The notes: generated from the letters alone by a model not told the origin. A stretch of DNA of 64,000 bases from Phoronis australis (GCA_002633005.1 NMRA01000933.1:17134-81133), one strand, 5' to 3'; counted from the stretch's first letter, positions 25,978 to 39,745 are shown. Numbers and translations: made by a program.

Positions 25978-28084
25978 TGGTATGTTACACAGCTTTCCGG
26001 GTTGTTCAAAATCAAGAAGAAGGAGACCTTGCCTTCCAGCTCCTTGTAAAAGCTGTTGATGGATAGTCTACTGTGAGCTAACGAAATGTCCACTTACCTC
26101 TATGCCTAGCTGATGGATTTTTTGCCAAAACAAACAAAAAAGCCTTCTCCATTACACTGTAAACAACTCTCCAAAGGTTTTACAATACTACCCAGACTCG
26201 TCTTTTATTCAAGCTGCAAAAGCCTTTTACCACACACTAAAGGAGTTGGCTGCAATACTTGACTGCATGTTTTCTAAAAGCAGTGAGTGCATTAACTCTA
26301 CTATCTCTTATTTAAAATCTAAGTAATATTTGCTCACAGAGGTCCCCCATTTTGAGAACCAGTTTTCTCCACTACAAGTAAATTAATAGACCTAAGCGTA
26401 GCAACGTTCCTGCAAAACTATGGGGACAAAGAGCAGCTTAGTGATAAACGCTTAGAGCACAAAATAGTTGCATCAAGGCTACAGAGATGTTCTCGTACAG
26501 TTCTCTTCGTCCACGGGAGTGCCTATGAGCTATCCGCTAGATATGGTGATATGAGAAAGAAAGAGAAATTTTCATGACTGGGTGGCCAGCAAAGGCACGG
26601 GCCACTAATAGCCGACCACCGAGTAACAATAAATTTAATATATATATTAATAATTAAGAAGAACATTTTAAATAACAACATGAATAAGTACGTCTAAAAT
26701 GAGATAAGTTACAGTGCAAGTTTATTTAAAATGTAAAGTAAGGTATTTTACTAGGAATAAAACACGGAGACTATTGATACAACGGAGACCGCACGGTTAG
26801 AAAAGTATTTGACTAAGATGTTAGGCAGGTGATCACGGTTACTTCAATTAGAACATGCATCACCATGTAGAACGCTACACTGAGAGCTGATGCGAAACAG
26901 AATGTCTACAATCAAACCAAAAAGAAACGGATACACGAAACGTACTAAACCTGAATTACGCCGAGGTGTGACGACAGCAGCGCTGTAGTTCGAAACCCTG
27001 GCACTGATACATGGCTGCACCGTATCAGGTCATTCAAAATTAACATCTATTCAGATCAGATGGGGAAAGATAATTTTTAAAAGTCTGCCTTTCAACCAAT
27101 TTTGAACAAGACTTTTGGTTAACTTGATTAAATTAACATTTGAGTTACAGGCACAGACGGGTTATTGACGTAACTATGGCGACAAAGCTAACGTCAAGAT
27201 GAGGCTAAAATACTGCTTATATTTGAAAAAACTAAAGGCCCTCATTCTATAACAAAAATAGAATTATATCAAAGATCATGTTTTGTTAAAGAAATGTCAC
27301 GAGAAAATACAACTAGAAGTGTTAAAAATAGTTAATTTAGGCACTGCTTTACAAAATCGAAACCGTTAAATGTTGCCGAATGTTAAAAAAGGTAGTTTAG
27401 ACATGACTACTATAATCGAATTGTGTGAAAACGACACTTCGCTTTTGTTTATAGGCAACAGCGGTGTTGTTCAAACCTCTGTGGAAAATGAGTTCAAAAG
27501 GAACGCCTCATTCCACATATAGTGACGCTGGGAACTTCTGAAAACGAATGGTTGAGAATATGGGGATTTTTAAAATTTATTTCCTCACTGAAAGGTTTCA
27601 CACAAGTGTGACTTCAGAGCCTACACTATTTGTGTTATCTCTAATTCAACCCAAACGTGCATTTAACACTCTCTCTGGGATCATAAGACCTCTTCTTCTC
27701 TCGCCTAATTGCGTTTTATTACAGCAGGAATGAAACTAATTACATGTAGTAAATGTAGACCAAGGCTCAAAATTTTGCACGATGATGTTAAAAATTAAAC
27801 GTTCAATCATGGGTCAGTTTTTAGTTTACAAGTGGTGATAGAAAAATAAACTTCAATTAACGTATTAATTTTCTTTTAGCTGTGAATTTCTGTCTGTTAG
27901 TCCCAAGGCACCTGTATCAGGTTACCCAAACAACAAAGCCCACGCAACTAAGAATATTTATTTCTCACTTATAAACACGGGTTATAGACACGTATGCTCG
28001 TGCCTGGACTTACAAAACGCAACATACGAACCCAAAAGGCACGTCTCACAAATTTGGCAGACTTCTGAACATCATATTTCAGAA

Positions 28085-28420
28085 ACGATTTTTTCTTCTG
28101 TTTCTCTTGAGGATGTGTTGAAATAATTTTTCTCTCAGACTGTGAAAAGAAATTGTGATACAAGACGGATGATGCCGTGCAAGCAATACACGAAGAGTTC
28201 GGCAACGTTATCGCAGGACTTAAACACTGGCTGGAGGGCGAATTTCGTAGGAAAACAAAATCTGACGTAAAATCGCTTCTGAATTACATTCAACTGTTTC
28301 AGTTTATGGTCTTCATTAAACCTTTTGATACCCCATTTTTCCATCTATGGAGAAAGTGTCAAAACGCCTACAAGATCCAAAAACAATGTTTCGCGAAGCT
28401 TCTTGAGATCCGAACAGCGT
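28085..28420 (+). pseudogene. hAT (ZMYM1-like) transposase fragment
   Basis: QTVKRNCDTR (TRW motif), DAVQAIHEEFGNVIAGLKH...TKSDVKSLLNYIQLFQFMVF, EKVSKRLQDP; frameshifted. Confidence 0.65.
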
Positions 28421-30829
28421 TTTTGAGACATAACGTAAAGTTTTCATTTAAAAAAGTTTTAAGTAAAATCGACTGGGGATTATTTTGCTATGACTGTACC
28501 GTTCTTTCACAGGAAATTTTGACTTAAAAACGTGGTCATGTGACAGTAGTAAGAAGCACATTTTTAGACTCCTCGATTTTTCTCCTTTATTGGTTGACAA
28601 AACATAGTTTCTTCGATATTTCACTTAGAGTTGAGGTCGTTTATAAAGATCCTAGATAACCTTGAATATATTTATTAGGAATTTACAAGTTACTATGCCA
28701 GCGAAGTAATAAAGTGTCTATGTTATGCTTTTAAGCATAAACTAAAACATTTTTCTTAGTATTAGGGCCCGAGCATTTAAGCCGAGAGCGGAGTATTCTA
28801 TAAAATCCCCCGGGCATCACCACACTTCTGCACTCTAGTGCTTCCCATGCTATCGTTGCCGGGTGACAAGTTGTTAACTCCGAAATTTTATTCTTCAAAC
28901 ACTATTCCGAGGGAAGCAATATCTTTTGGTTGGGGAATTCTGCTGTTATAACGGAACATTTGATCGCCACTGGGGGATAGGCTGGATTATGACTCCATTT
29001 CAATGTTTGCTGTCACCGACGGCAAAGTACACGAAGACTTTTTTAACACAGGTGCGACCACCGCCAATCTGGTTAGAGTTCAGCAAAAAAATGAAAATCC
29101 CGCGTCATTTGTGCTCGTCATAAATTTGTTTTTTTTTAAAGTGAACAACTAAATAAAATACCACACTACCGACTTAATTAAAAAAGACACACAAAAGAAA
29201 ACGAATTATGCTTTTAGCCTAACATGCTAGTTTCTATTTTTTACCACATTCTTTAAGCGTCGCTGCACAAAGATTGCGATTATTAGCCTAGACAGTCATC
29301 TTGGCTTCGCTGTCAGTAGTAGCGACTAAGTGAAAAAAAATCAGTCAGATTCCAGTCAGTTTTAAAGCAATTAATACAATGATAGCTTACTCGCCCATAA
29401 TTAGGCAGCATTCCATCCTCTAGGTTGGCATATTTGCAATCAAGCGTTTGATCTTTTAAGTGGAGACTGTTAGAGATTGTGTACTTCATTATGACCAACT
29501 CCCATGGGAGGCCAACCCCGCAATGGATGTCGATAATGAGGTGGTGAGGATCTATGCAGGAATATTGGTGAGCGTCTTTCGCTAAGAAAAAGCGACTAAT
29601 ACAAATTTGACTTCCCACCGGCTAACAGTGGTGATTAATAAGAGTCTGGATGAGTGCTAGGGATGTCAAAACAACACAATCATCCCCGGTCTTATCAGAA
29701 CCGATGCCAACATTATAAATTCAGCTACAGTCCGTACACCCACAATTACCAGAAATTCAAGGTTTGTCTTAGTTGATGTTTGACCTCCTTCCGCAGTCTC
29801 AGGAAGCGTGAGTTGTCTTGCTCACATTATCACAACGACAGAGAAGAAATGAAATATAGTTAGAAAACTGTCTCGATTACATATAAAAAAGTCAGTCGTT
29901 TTCCTTCATTTGAAGGCAATTTAAAACTTGAACTATTTTATTGGGGGCTTTTAAATATAAAAGTGGGTGTTTTTTCAGGCAGAATGTCTATTGTCCTATT
30001 GCGTATCTACACGGCATAACACTATGGACAATGAGATATCAAACATGTGAATTACGCTAAACACTCTTAAATTTGGGACAACAATAATTATTTAAATTGT
30101 CAAATTTTTATTTTTCGGAAACTTGCCACGTTGTTGTAAACGCTCAAAATACTACCAAATGTCGTTTGGTTATAACTTACGCCATACAAACAATGCTAAA
30201 GGCAATGTAAATTTTCCTAAAAAGTTATTTTTGTCTGCCATATTTTGTCCAAACTGATGAATTTTTACTGTAGTGAGTCGTAAGAGAACTCCAAAACAGT
30301 GTCAGACTTTCTTGGGGATTCGAAGTTACGTGCAGTTGCTAGTGTACATGTTTAGTTAATTTGAACGCTTTCGATTATCATGTTAAGTTCATTCACCGGG
30401 GTCAGCTATCAACCATCCACAGTCTTTTTCGGGGGATTTCATCTAGTAAGAAGCTACTTTCGTATTTCAAATGCATTATAGGAAGATTGCCTGCTCGTAA
30501 TCATCTGGTGACACCACATAAAACCTGGTGACTATCACACAAGACGACGGATATCACCACATAAAAGTAAAAAAAATGAAGTGAGCTACAAATACATAGA
30601 ATGAATGCTTAGACTTGTGGCAGACCTTTTGCGCGAAAGATTCAAAGTCAAGCCATTCACCAAACGATCGTCTATTGTTGAAGTTAAATCTCATGGCTGA
30701 CCTAAACCGCCAGGGCCTGCATTTCACAGACTCAAGAAACTCGCGGAAACGCAAGATTACACATAACTTCAAGAGATATCGCTATTTATTACAATGAAAG
30801 TACGCACGAGATCTAAAATCTACGTATTT

Positions 30830-31387
30830 CCATAGATTCGCAACTTAGATATTTTCTTGCGTACTATCCTAGAGGAGGCGCCACTCTCCTAAATTACCAA
30901 TTTCAATTTCCGGTTAGTGTATTGTGACGGAAAATTCTCGCGTCTATTTTACTGTCTCGTACAACGAAAAAAAGTGATTTCGGCATTGAAACGTTGTTCA
31001 AGGTCTTCCAACAGTACAGTCCAGAAATTTTGAGTGGCACCGGCGTGCATTCGAGTTTAATATGAAACGTCAAGTAAACTGCTGTTGAATTGCGAGATTG
31101 GTTTTTGAGTAGGCCTGCTGGTTATATTTGGAGTATTAATATGAGCTTTATGTAAAAAGTTAACGTCTTACGGGCGTTCAATTTATTTAAACATGGATGT
31201 GAGTTGGGCAAAATCGCCGATCCAAATCCCGACCAAATGACCATGATTAGCAGACGACGTACTTGCCGGACGTAAAACTTGCAATTTTGCCAGGTGTCGC
31301 TATTGAATAGTGACGTCAGGGCTTATGCTTAAGATCACAGATTTCGTCCATTGAAAATATACGGAGTTGGCGGTTCATGTACCATAG
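30830..31387 (+). repeat. Dispersed non-autonomous element with CCATAG-type ends
   Basis: Both ends match 54571-54967 in inverted orientation (ctatcctagaggaggcgccactctcct; ccatgattagcagacgacgtacttgccgga; aatatacggagttggcggttcatgtac). Confidence 0.8.
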
Positions 31388-32406
31388 TCCTTCGGTCACT
31401 TTAGGACTTTCCCAATTGAATTGAATTCGAGATAGGATATCGTAGTAGCATTCCTATGTATGTTTTTTTACCTATTTTCCCCATATATATGAAATTATTT
31501 GCGTCACTGCGATATCGTGTTGCCATGTGCTTTGGCTTGTTGTTATATGACATCATAACATGTCTAGCATATATGCGAAAGTGTTGAATAACTAGTAAAG
31601 TTTTATTTCATAATACATTTATAAGAATTTTCTTCAGGTTGTGAAATACTCAGTTAAAATATTGAACCAATCAATGATATTACAAGTGTTCGTTGAAAAC
31701 TTAGAAACAGCCATGGAATGTAAAAAATGAAACATTAACTGAACAGTTGTACTGCAGTGTGTCATTTTAGCTCAGTTTTCTTGGCCAATTTTTGTGTCTT
31801 AGATTCTGGATTGGAAATAGTAATAAAATATGTTCCTCGTGTTGATCACAGTACTAGAAAATATCGGTGGAAACTGTGTTGATTCCCAGAATTTGAGGTA
31901 AGGACTGCGTCGCAAAAAGTAGATTTCACGTTACCAGCGAGGGAGAATCGAGGAACGCTGCGACCAGACGATTGCGTCAGTAAAATTACATACTCGATAT
32001 TAGGTCGCAATTTCTGGTAAACATCTTAGTTATCAGTGTAGATATACCATATGCATCCATAACAAAACGTTTTCCTTTGATTTGAATTAGATTTTGGCTG
32101 ATTTTGTTGAGCCGACTATTGACCTACTTATGATGACCCAGATGGAAGCTGGCAAAGCCTAAAAATATAGACCAGTAAAACTGCTTTTGCAGGAATGACG
32201 CCTTGGATCAATGTTTTGAGTAACCCAAATTAACGAACCTAATCAAATTTGGCGTTGTTCTCGTGAATTTCCTCCATCAGGAGACTGCACACCGGCCGTG
32301 AAACAAAACCTCCACCGTTGTATTCTGATTGGCTCTACCTTCCCGTATTTCACGGTATATATCATGGGTTATTGAATGACCGTATTTACACATATATGGG
32401 ATAAAC

Positions 32407-32547
32407 ATAGAATATTAACATGATGAAATAGTCATCTCCCGTAATCTACATGTAGAAGCAGAGTGGATTTTGGAGAATAATAATTCTCAAAAATCCACGA
32501 GAGCTTTAGATAAGGGGGATAACGACTGAGAACATGTGATAATCTAT
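32407..32547. repeat. Imperfect palindrome/foldback, ~140 bp
   Basis: Core GTGGATTTTGGAGAAT-aata-ATTCTCAAAAATCCAC; outer atagaatattaacatg / catgtgataatctat. Confidence 0.65.
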
Positions 32548-33077
32548 ACCGCACACTGATCGATAAACATCGCAATTAATCGATCTACCTTTCTCGACTC
32601 ACCTCGACTTTGGAACTATACTTTTTATGCCAGAGGCCCGGTGTCGGAGGTCCTGACCTTTTAAAAAACGCCGAATCATTCTTGCTAATATAATGTTTTC
32701 ACTAAAAACCAATTGAAAATTTAAACAAAAGTGAAATCAATTGAATCTATAAAAAACGTTTTAAGCAAACAAACTATCATGTTAAGCTTCCACAGTGAAA
32801 ATATCGTCGGCTAAAATAGGTTCCCATTAGTTATTGAGTAAAATGTCCAAGTTGAAGATTCCCGACGACGTGTTGCCCACATTTAAACTGGAGATCGAGG
32901 ACTGACAATTGAAAGAAAATGACAGATAAAGTCTACTGAATTAAAGGTGGCGTTTTTATTGAAATAGTATGTCTTATTTCTCACAGCGTAATAAATATCG
33001 GTACAATGCGGTTTATCGAACATGCAATTAGTTCACGTCCTCATTTAAGAATTAATTTTCACGTAAGATGACGTTAG

Positions 33078-33165
33078 CTTCTGAATAGCTCAGTGGTTAA
33101 GGCTACGGCTGTCGATACACGAAACTTGAATAAAACATGTTTGAATCCGGCCTCGGGTTCCCGCC
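33078..33165 (+). repeat. tRNA-derived SINE-like head
   Basis: A box TAGCTCAGTGG (33086) and B-box-like GTTTGAATCC (33139); no complete cloverleaf. Confidence 0.4.
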
Positions 33166-34458
33166 AAAATGTTATTCAACACGCGTTGATTAACAAATTG
33201 GGTTAATCAACGGTTGTAATGGCCATGTCAAGCTGGTTATGCGGTATGAATATCTATGTATCTATAGGATATCGTTATAGGGAAAGTGCAACGAATGTTG
33301 CATCAAAATGAGCGTGTTGTGATATCACAGAATTAAGATGCCATTGTGGAATTACGTAGGTGGATCGGCAGTATAGTATTTGATCACTTTTTCACTTGAT
33401 AAATGGGATTGAAATGTCTCGGTGGGGCGACAAGTTGATAATCATTTTTCATGCTGACATGTTCAATTCACTCGTGATCATTTTGCAAGGTCACACCAAG
33501 AGGGGACACAGCGACTGGAACATAAATCGTCTCTTTAAAAAGGTATCAATCTTTGTTTCAATTCAGATTCTTGTTTTGTATTTTGGAAAATGAAGGTAAT
33601 TTTTAAACTCGGTTTCAAGTGGACACAAATGACATTATTCATCGAATTGCATATATTGGCAAAACAGGCTGACCGAGATCTGGCTTCAAAGCTTAGGCAA
33701 CATCTTGTGTTGCTTCAGAAATACGACTGTAAAGAAACTTTGATTTTTACCATAACCATTGGACATAAGACACTTCGAAGGAAACGCTTGCTTAGTTATT
33801 TGCCTTTTAGTTTACTTGATAAATCCCAATTATTCCAAGCCCCAGAGACGCTGAAAAGAAAGCCTCACTGCTCGAAATTATATGGAGATCTATCTGCAAG
33901 TTTGCCATCTCCGCATGTGGTCGGACAGTAACAAACCATTGTTGATACTAAATAAAACAAAGCTGGATCACCATAAATGCGCCACGAAAGCTCAGTGAAA
34001 CATTCAAATGCAGACAGATTGAGTTGCTTGCCATTAACGAGCAGGGCATCACAGCGTTGTCAATATGGTGATGTATCGACTCTTTTTTTACATAGTCATT
34101 CAGTTTCAATTAATACCTATTAACTGTCAGCGAGAGCTCGTGGAAGCCTTATTCAAGTCACAACACGCCACCTACTTGTTTGCTAAATCTGTGATTTGTT
34201 TGCGAAATCTGAAATCGAGACACGTGATTTCTTTTTCACTTAACTCGTATCTTTTTTCATAACAACATCTTGCCTCATTTTCTTGTCAATAACGTTTTCA
34301 ACTTCTCAACAAATCTTGCCTCCTTAACCCAAAATTTAAAATATGAAATTTTAAATTTTAATGCATATGTATTCAGAATATAACAAACCCCCATAACCAC
34401 GCATTGATCATATTTTCTCCACTGGTTATATCTTTATTCATATGTATAAGTATACATG

Positions 34459-34461
34459 TAC

Positions 34462-34498
<37 letters not shown>

Positions 34499-34637
34499 CA
34501 TGCGTGTGTGTACGTACACACACAAAAACACGCACACACCACACACACAAACGCACGCACGCACACTCACCCACCCACACACGCACACGCACACGCACAC
34601 GCACACACACACACACACACACATACAGACACACACA
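34459..34637. repeat. Compound microsatellite (TA)n(TG)n...(CA)n/(CACACG)n
   Basis: Visible directly. Confidence 0.95.
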
Positions 34638-36379
34638 TTTCATTTATTTACGTGGGCAGTTTTTATCCCACCTTCACAGTTTCTCGTGTCATCACATCAG
34701 AATTTTCTATCATCATAAAACATTGTCCCTGATCCCAGTGTTTGTTTTCTCACAGTTAACTAGCTTCTGGAGGCCGTCTCCGTTAGTGGACATAAAATTA
34801 ATTTTATTTTCCTGTAACACTGTAACTGTATCTTCATCAAAACCGTCAAAACTCTACAGAAATTAGAAATGAACAATTGGTTATATAATTAACCACCTGA
34901 ACTTAATGGATTTCTTGAACTTGAAAATCGTTGGAGCTAGCTTCACTGACCAGCTTTTCTTTTGCAAATAATTTTAAGAACTTTCATAATAATTTATAAT
35001 CTTGCGTTGATGGGATTCAACACAGTTTCAATTGATCATTGAATTTTTAAAATTTTGATATTTTGTGTTTGGCCTACTAGAAATCAGCAAAACAAGGCGG
35101 AGGTCATCCAACTAGTTTTTTTCCTTACAGCCACCTAACCAGAGAAATCTCTGGTGGCAAAAATATGAAATTTACATTGGTTACTGAAAAGTCACATCTA
35201 ATTGATTGAAATCGAATTAATTTCTTCGCACGATGTTAGTTTATACTGAACGAATCTAATTACATTTTCCGGTTCATGGATTTTCATACGTCGGAGCAAG
35301 TGAACGATTATTTCTGCATTAAAAACGTCTCAGATTGTAGCTTTATGGCTTCTACGCAGAGATTCACCATTAGAACGTTTTATTGCGATGGCTCTCATGA
35401 TTTCCGCGAAATAAGAAAAACAGAGTGTCCACCTAGGTAAAATACTGCGAAATTTGAGCTTCTCAAAAGCGCTCCAGAACAGTGCTGTGCTGCATATCAC
35501 TAGATGACAATCATGTTACGTTGTTGGGAAAGTCTTTAAGTCAAATTTGCCGTCTTACCGCGAATTAGGTGACATTTCATGTTCATGTTATTTTTGTCAC
35601 GCAATTCTCGTGTTTAGTATGACTCACTCACTATTGTTTAAGTGATGTTATCAGGGAGAAAAACTCTTTTCCGAGATTATGGATTCAAACCTGGAAACTT
35701 GCACGGTACTGGCTGAGCTAAATACCACTCTATGAGTGACAAAAAATTTAAGCGCCTAGGTAATGTAACCCTCCTTGATTTCAGCGAATGTCTGGTAGAC
35801 AACGGATAGAATTGGTGATTTGTAATAAAATCACAGAAAATACAACTGATTTTGTTACTCTATAACTCTGATCAAAGCTAACAGTTTAAAAAAATCTGTC
35901 CCATCCACCAATTATCCCCAAAAGGCGTTTTTCGGACGTAAAACCGATAATGTCTAACTTAGTAGTGTAATCTAGTCATGAAAAACAACTTAAACAGCCA
36001 AAAATTGCGACCGTTGGCTAGATGCTATGTTGCTTATGAATTCGTTTGTCATTTGGACGATTGTAGTCGTCCGCAGTACTCGTACGCATAGTTACGTCGG
36101 CCACACGGCATATTCTCTTTCCTGGTACCTATCCATGCATTTGCACAGAGGTTCGATAGAAGACCATTTTCTACACTGCCTTGGCCCTAAAATTACTAGG
36201 CACGACATCGGTGACAACACAGTAATTCGGTCTGTTGAGCATGGCACCTACAGGTTCAAGATACTGAAATCATCAAAGATTACTTGCGAAAAACCTGTGT
36301 TGAATGAGCAGCTACCTCACAGGGTTGTGCCGCTTGCTGTCTCCGTTTTACTAGTACATGTATTCTTTAGTACTACTAT

Positions 36380-36521
36380 CCGAGGCGGATCCAGGATTTT
36401 TAGTTAGCATTAGCCAGGATTTTTCCCGTCAGACATTCGCAGCCCCGTACAGCCAAATGGAATCTGGGAGAATTTTAGGGGGGAGGCATGGCCCCCTTGC
36501 CCCTCTCTAAATCCGCCACTG
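36380..36521. mobile_element. Short hAT-like MITE with 5-bp TSD
   Basis: ACTAT|CCGAGGCGGATCCAG ... TAAATCCGCCACTG|ACTAT. Confidence 0.75.
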
Positions 36522-37508
36522 ACTATTGGTTTGCATCGAAATGGGTCACAACCCTTCGTCATACATTCTTGCAATCCTGTGTCATTGTATTTCTGCCTGA
36601 TGATGAGGCAGGAACAATCTCGTATCAATAGTATTCTTAGGTCTCATGGGCGTCTGCTTTATTGTTGGACTGCAAACGGCCATCAAAGATACAGAGAGCT
36701 CGAGTGAACACCGCTAAAAATTATAAATCGTGAACATTGTGTGTTGAAGAGTTGAATTGTCACGAATCATGTGATCAATTTTGTCTTTCAATGTTATCAG
36801 CTAATTGTTTTACAATCAGCGTATCACGAAGCAAATTATAAAACTGCGGTGTGTCCTGTCCTTAGCGCTTTCTCGAGGTGACACTTGCAAGGGCCAACAG
36901 AAACTTCTTCGGGTGTCAGATGTTATCAGACACGTTGTTTTGACCGAGCTCTGATCAAAACTAATAACTTCAAAAACTCTATCCCACCAAACAATAATCA
37001 CAAACCTCGTTTTTCGACCGAAAAACCACAGTGTTTCGACAGCCCCGCGACTTTTTCGAAAACTGTGGCAAACCCCCCGATTATTATTATACAGGAGGGA
37101 GCAAACTGGACACTTCTCTTGTTCGAGCTTTCTTCCTCTGTCTGAGGAGGGCATAAATTTAGTAACTGGCTAGATGAAAACGATAAAAATGCACTTTCCT
37201 TGGCGACGACCACAAGTTTGTAAATAAGAAAATTATGCAAAACGTAAATTAAAAGCCTTTCACACTTAGTTGACGCTTCGGTGTTTAGGGGAGTGTTGAG
37301 GTCAATAGAAAGGCTTAAACTCTGTCTTGGGTCAGCTTAAGTTCACTTCGCAGTAAACAGGTGGATTTAATAACAAAGGGTCGACTCGTCGCTACAGTGC
37401 AGTGTTAATGGTGAAGGCCATATTACGCCACCTTGAGATAACTTCGATTACGATAGCTTAACCTAACGATAAATCCGATGTGTGTTACAGAAGGTAATGA
37501 GAAAGATC

Positions 37509-37582
37509 AAGTTAACTTCGCACAAGTTAACTTCGCACAAGTTAACTTCGCACAAGTTAACTTCGCACAAGTTAACTTCGCA
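37509..37582. repeat. 15-bp minisatellite (AAGTTAACTTCGCAC) x5
   Basis: Exact units, each containing the palindrome AAGTTAACTT; only ~2 units in copy B (~40960-40988). Confidence 0.9.
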
Positions 37583-38103
37583 GTTTACGCCGACGCTTCG
37601 CTAGCACCCGATTCAACTTTGTACTGACAAGGCTGCAGTACTAAACAAACTTTCCGCAACCAGTCCACATGTAAACACGTTCCGTGCCCCGAGTTTCCTA
37701 GTTTAAACAATAAACGTTTAGTAACCCATTTATTGGAAACACAGATTGTGTTAAATCTTTCGGACATTTGACACAACGTTAAATTCAAACTGGGGTGGTG
37801 TATTTTCAGCAGTGACTGACTGAACACGTTAAAAAGAAACTGACGATACAGACACCTCGGTGACATATTTAATCTCTCCACATAACTAATAGAGACTTGG
37901 CAAGAATAAATCATTTTGATGTATATCGAAACATACATGTATAACGGTGGTTCGTGTTTTTACGGAAGTTAGCGCATTTTTCTTATTTCCTCGTACCTCC
38001 CAAAAGTGCGCTCATGCGTGCTTTCAGAAAGAAGTACAGACAACAACTTGACCACGTGTAGACATGTATGTTCTGCCCAACCTATATCTCATCTTTGTAC
38101 CTT

Positions 38104-38850
38104 TAGACCGGGACCCCAGAGCTTTTTCGGACATGAAAAGGTAACCAATTTCCTTTGGTGCCACAGTGCTCTGTGGGTATCCTCATGCTTGGAAATGGCC
38201 GTCTGGCAGGTTCGCTCTGGTGGGTGTGGTCAGGGGATTCAAGAGAATGACACTCAAAAATTGAGCTAGATCAACTTTTCTGGTAACTACTTTAAACCGC
38301 CTTGGATACCTCCTACGTAATCCACTGCATCAAAATTGGTCACTGCCAGACAATTTCAGTGGTGGGGCGTATCAGCCAGACGGTTATAAACAAGTTAAAA
38401 AAATTGAGCTAGATCAATCCAAGAGGTAACCACATGAAACCAGTTGCAAAATATTCACGTGAGCACAGGTATCACGAATGGACACTGCCAGACAAATCTA
38501 GTGGTGGGTTAGCCCCGCCAGACACGCCTTAATACCTGAGTTGAGCTAGATCAACCCACTAGGTAACTGTTTGAAACCAATTGCACGATGCTCAGTATCA
38601 CTGCACATCGCATAACAGTAAGATGCTAGACAATTTCAGCGGTGAGTGGTACCCTTGCCAGACCACTAAAGAAAGGGATAAAATTTGAGGTAAATCAACC
38701 CAAGAGGTAACTGCATGAAACCAGTTGGAAAATATTCTACGTAAGCCCATGTATCATGAATAAACGCTGCGAGACAAGTCTTGAGGTGGGTTAGCCAGCC
38801 ACACACGACCAAATATCTGAGTTGGGCCAGATTTATCCGCCAGGTAAGTG
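38104..38850 (+). repeat. Dispersed element: ~155-bp head plus ~140-bp tandem monomers (A/B dimer structure)
   Basis: Monomers start TTGAGCTAGATCAA (or variant) near 38261, 38404, 38541, 38685, 38822; conserved GGTAAC, GAAACC, TGCCAGACAA, GTGGTGGG, GCCAGAC blocks. Confidence 0.88.
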
Positions 38851-39454
38851 TTTGCATAATGTCAAACAACATTCTGCATGCAACAAAGGTACTTTACAGG
38901 ATTTTTCAGCCGTGAGGCAGTATCATGCAGAGATTTGGTCGATGCAGGGGCGACTTTTTATTGGACGCCTCCCTCAACTCAAATGCACATATTCTATTGA
39001 GGCCCGTAGCCAGCATTGAGTGGGGGTGGTTCGAATTTGAAGAACGGTGGACCTTTGATATTTTGCAAACGTCGACACTGTAGAGTTTTCGGCAAGGCCT
39101 TTGACGCAGCTCAATTAGGGGGAAGGGAAATCTGTATGCACAACGATGACTCTCAGCTCTGTCTTCATGAGATGAGACGGAATTTGTACAATACCAGAAA
39201 GAGGATACTGTGACGGTTGCTTGCAAAGAACGGGAGACAAATTCGGGTGTAATGTGGTCCAGAAAGAGAACATTCTCGCATTATCTCCTGCCGAAGTTTC
39301 AAATCAGCCATGTTTCAATGAGTGATTGCACCTCATTGCATACTCAGACGGAAATATGAAGTTTAGTCGGCAAATGACTTAATAGCGGAGTTGCAACGCC
39401 GCCATATTGGAAATGGGTCAGAATGTTGCATTGTGGTTAAGCCGGTAAACAAGT

Positions 39455-39745
39455 ACGTCGGCAAGCGTGGGGGCGAACCGGCCACAGGGAGGTTATACGT
39501 GTTGTGAGCCTGGCATGCTATAATACCAGTTAGCGAAATAAAAAGTTTAGTTACTACCTGTTTCCCAAGGATCAAGAACTGCGTTAAACATGGGTCAGAG
39601 ACATCGGTAGAGCTGGTAGCAAAGGCCGACTTCGTGAATTCTTTCCGACTTCGTAGCATAAAGTGTGCAGCGCTCATTTTGAGGGCGGCAAGAAAACGTA
39701 TCTTAGAAACTGCCCAACAATATCTCCCTTCAAAGAAACAGTAAC
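39455..39745 (+). pseudogene. THAP-domain remnant (Harbinger/ISL2EU-type transposase N-terminus)
   Basis: GGYTCCEP/ACYNTS*RNKKFSYYLFPKDQELR*TWVRDIGR...FFPTS*HKVCSAHFEGGKKTYLRNCPTI; C2CH plus conserved FP, W, HF, P; 3 stops and a frameshift. Confidence 0.8.

Noticed and set aside
33078-33165. Functional tRNA gene
   Set aside because: No acceptor or anticodon stem pairing; imperfect B box
34373-34866. His/Thr- and Cys/Val-rich ORFs
   Set aside because: Translations of a microsatellite
38261-38850. CRISPR- or integron-like array
   Set aside because: Eukaryotic context, no cas or integrase gene, spacers are homologous between alternate units, no attC consensus
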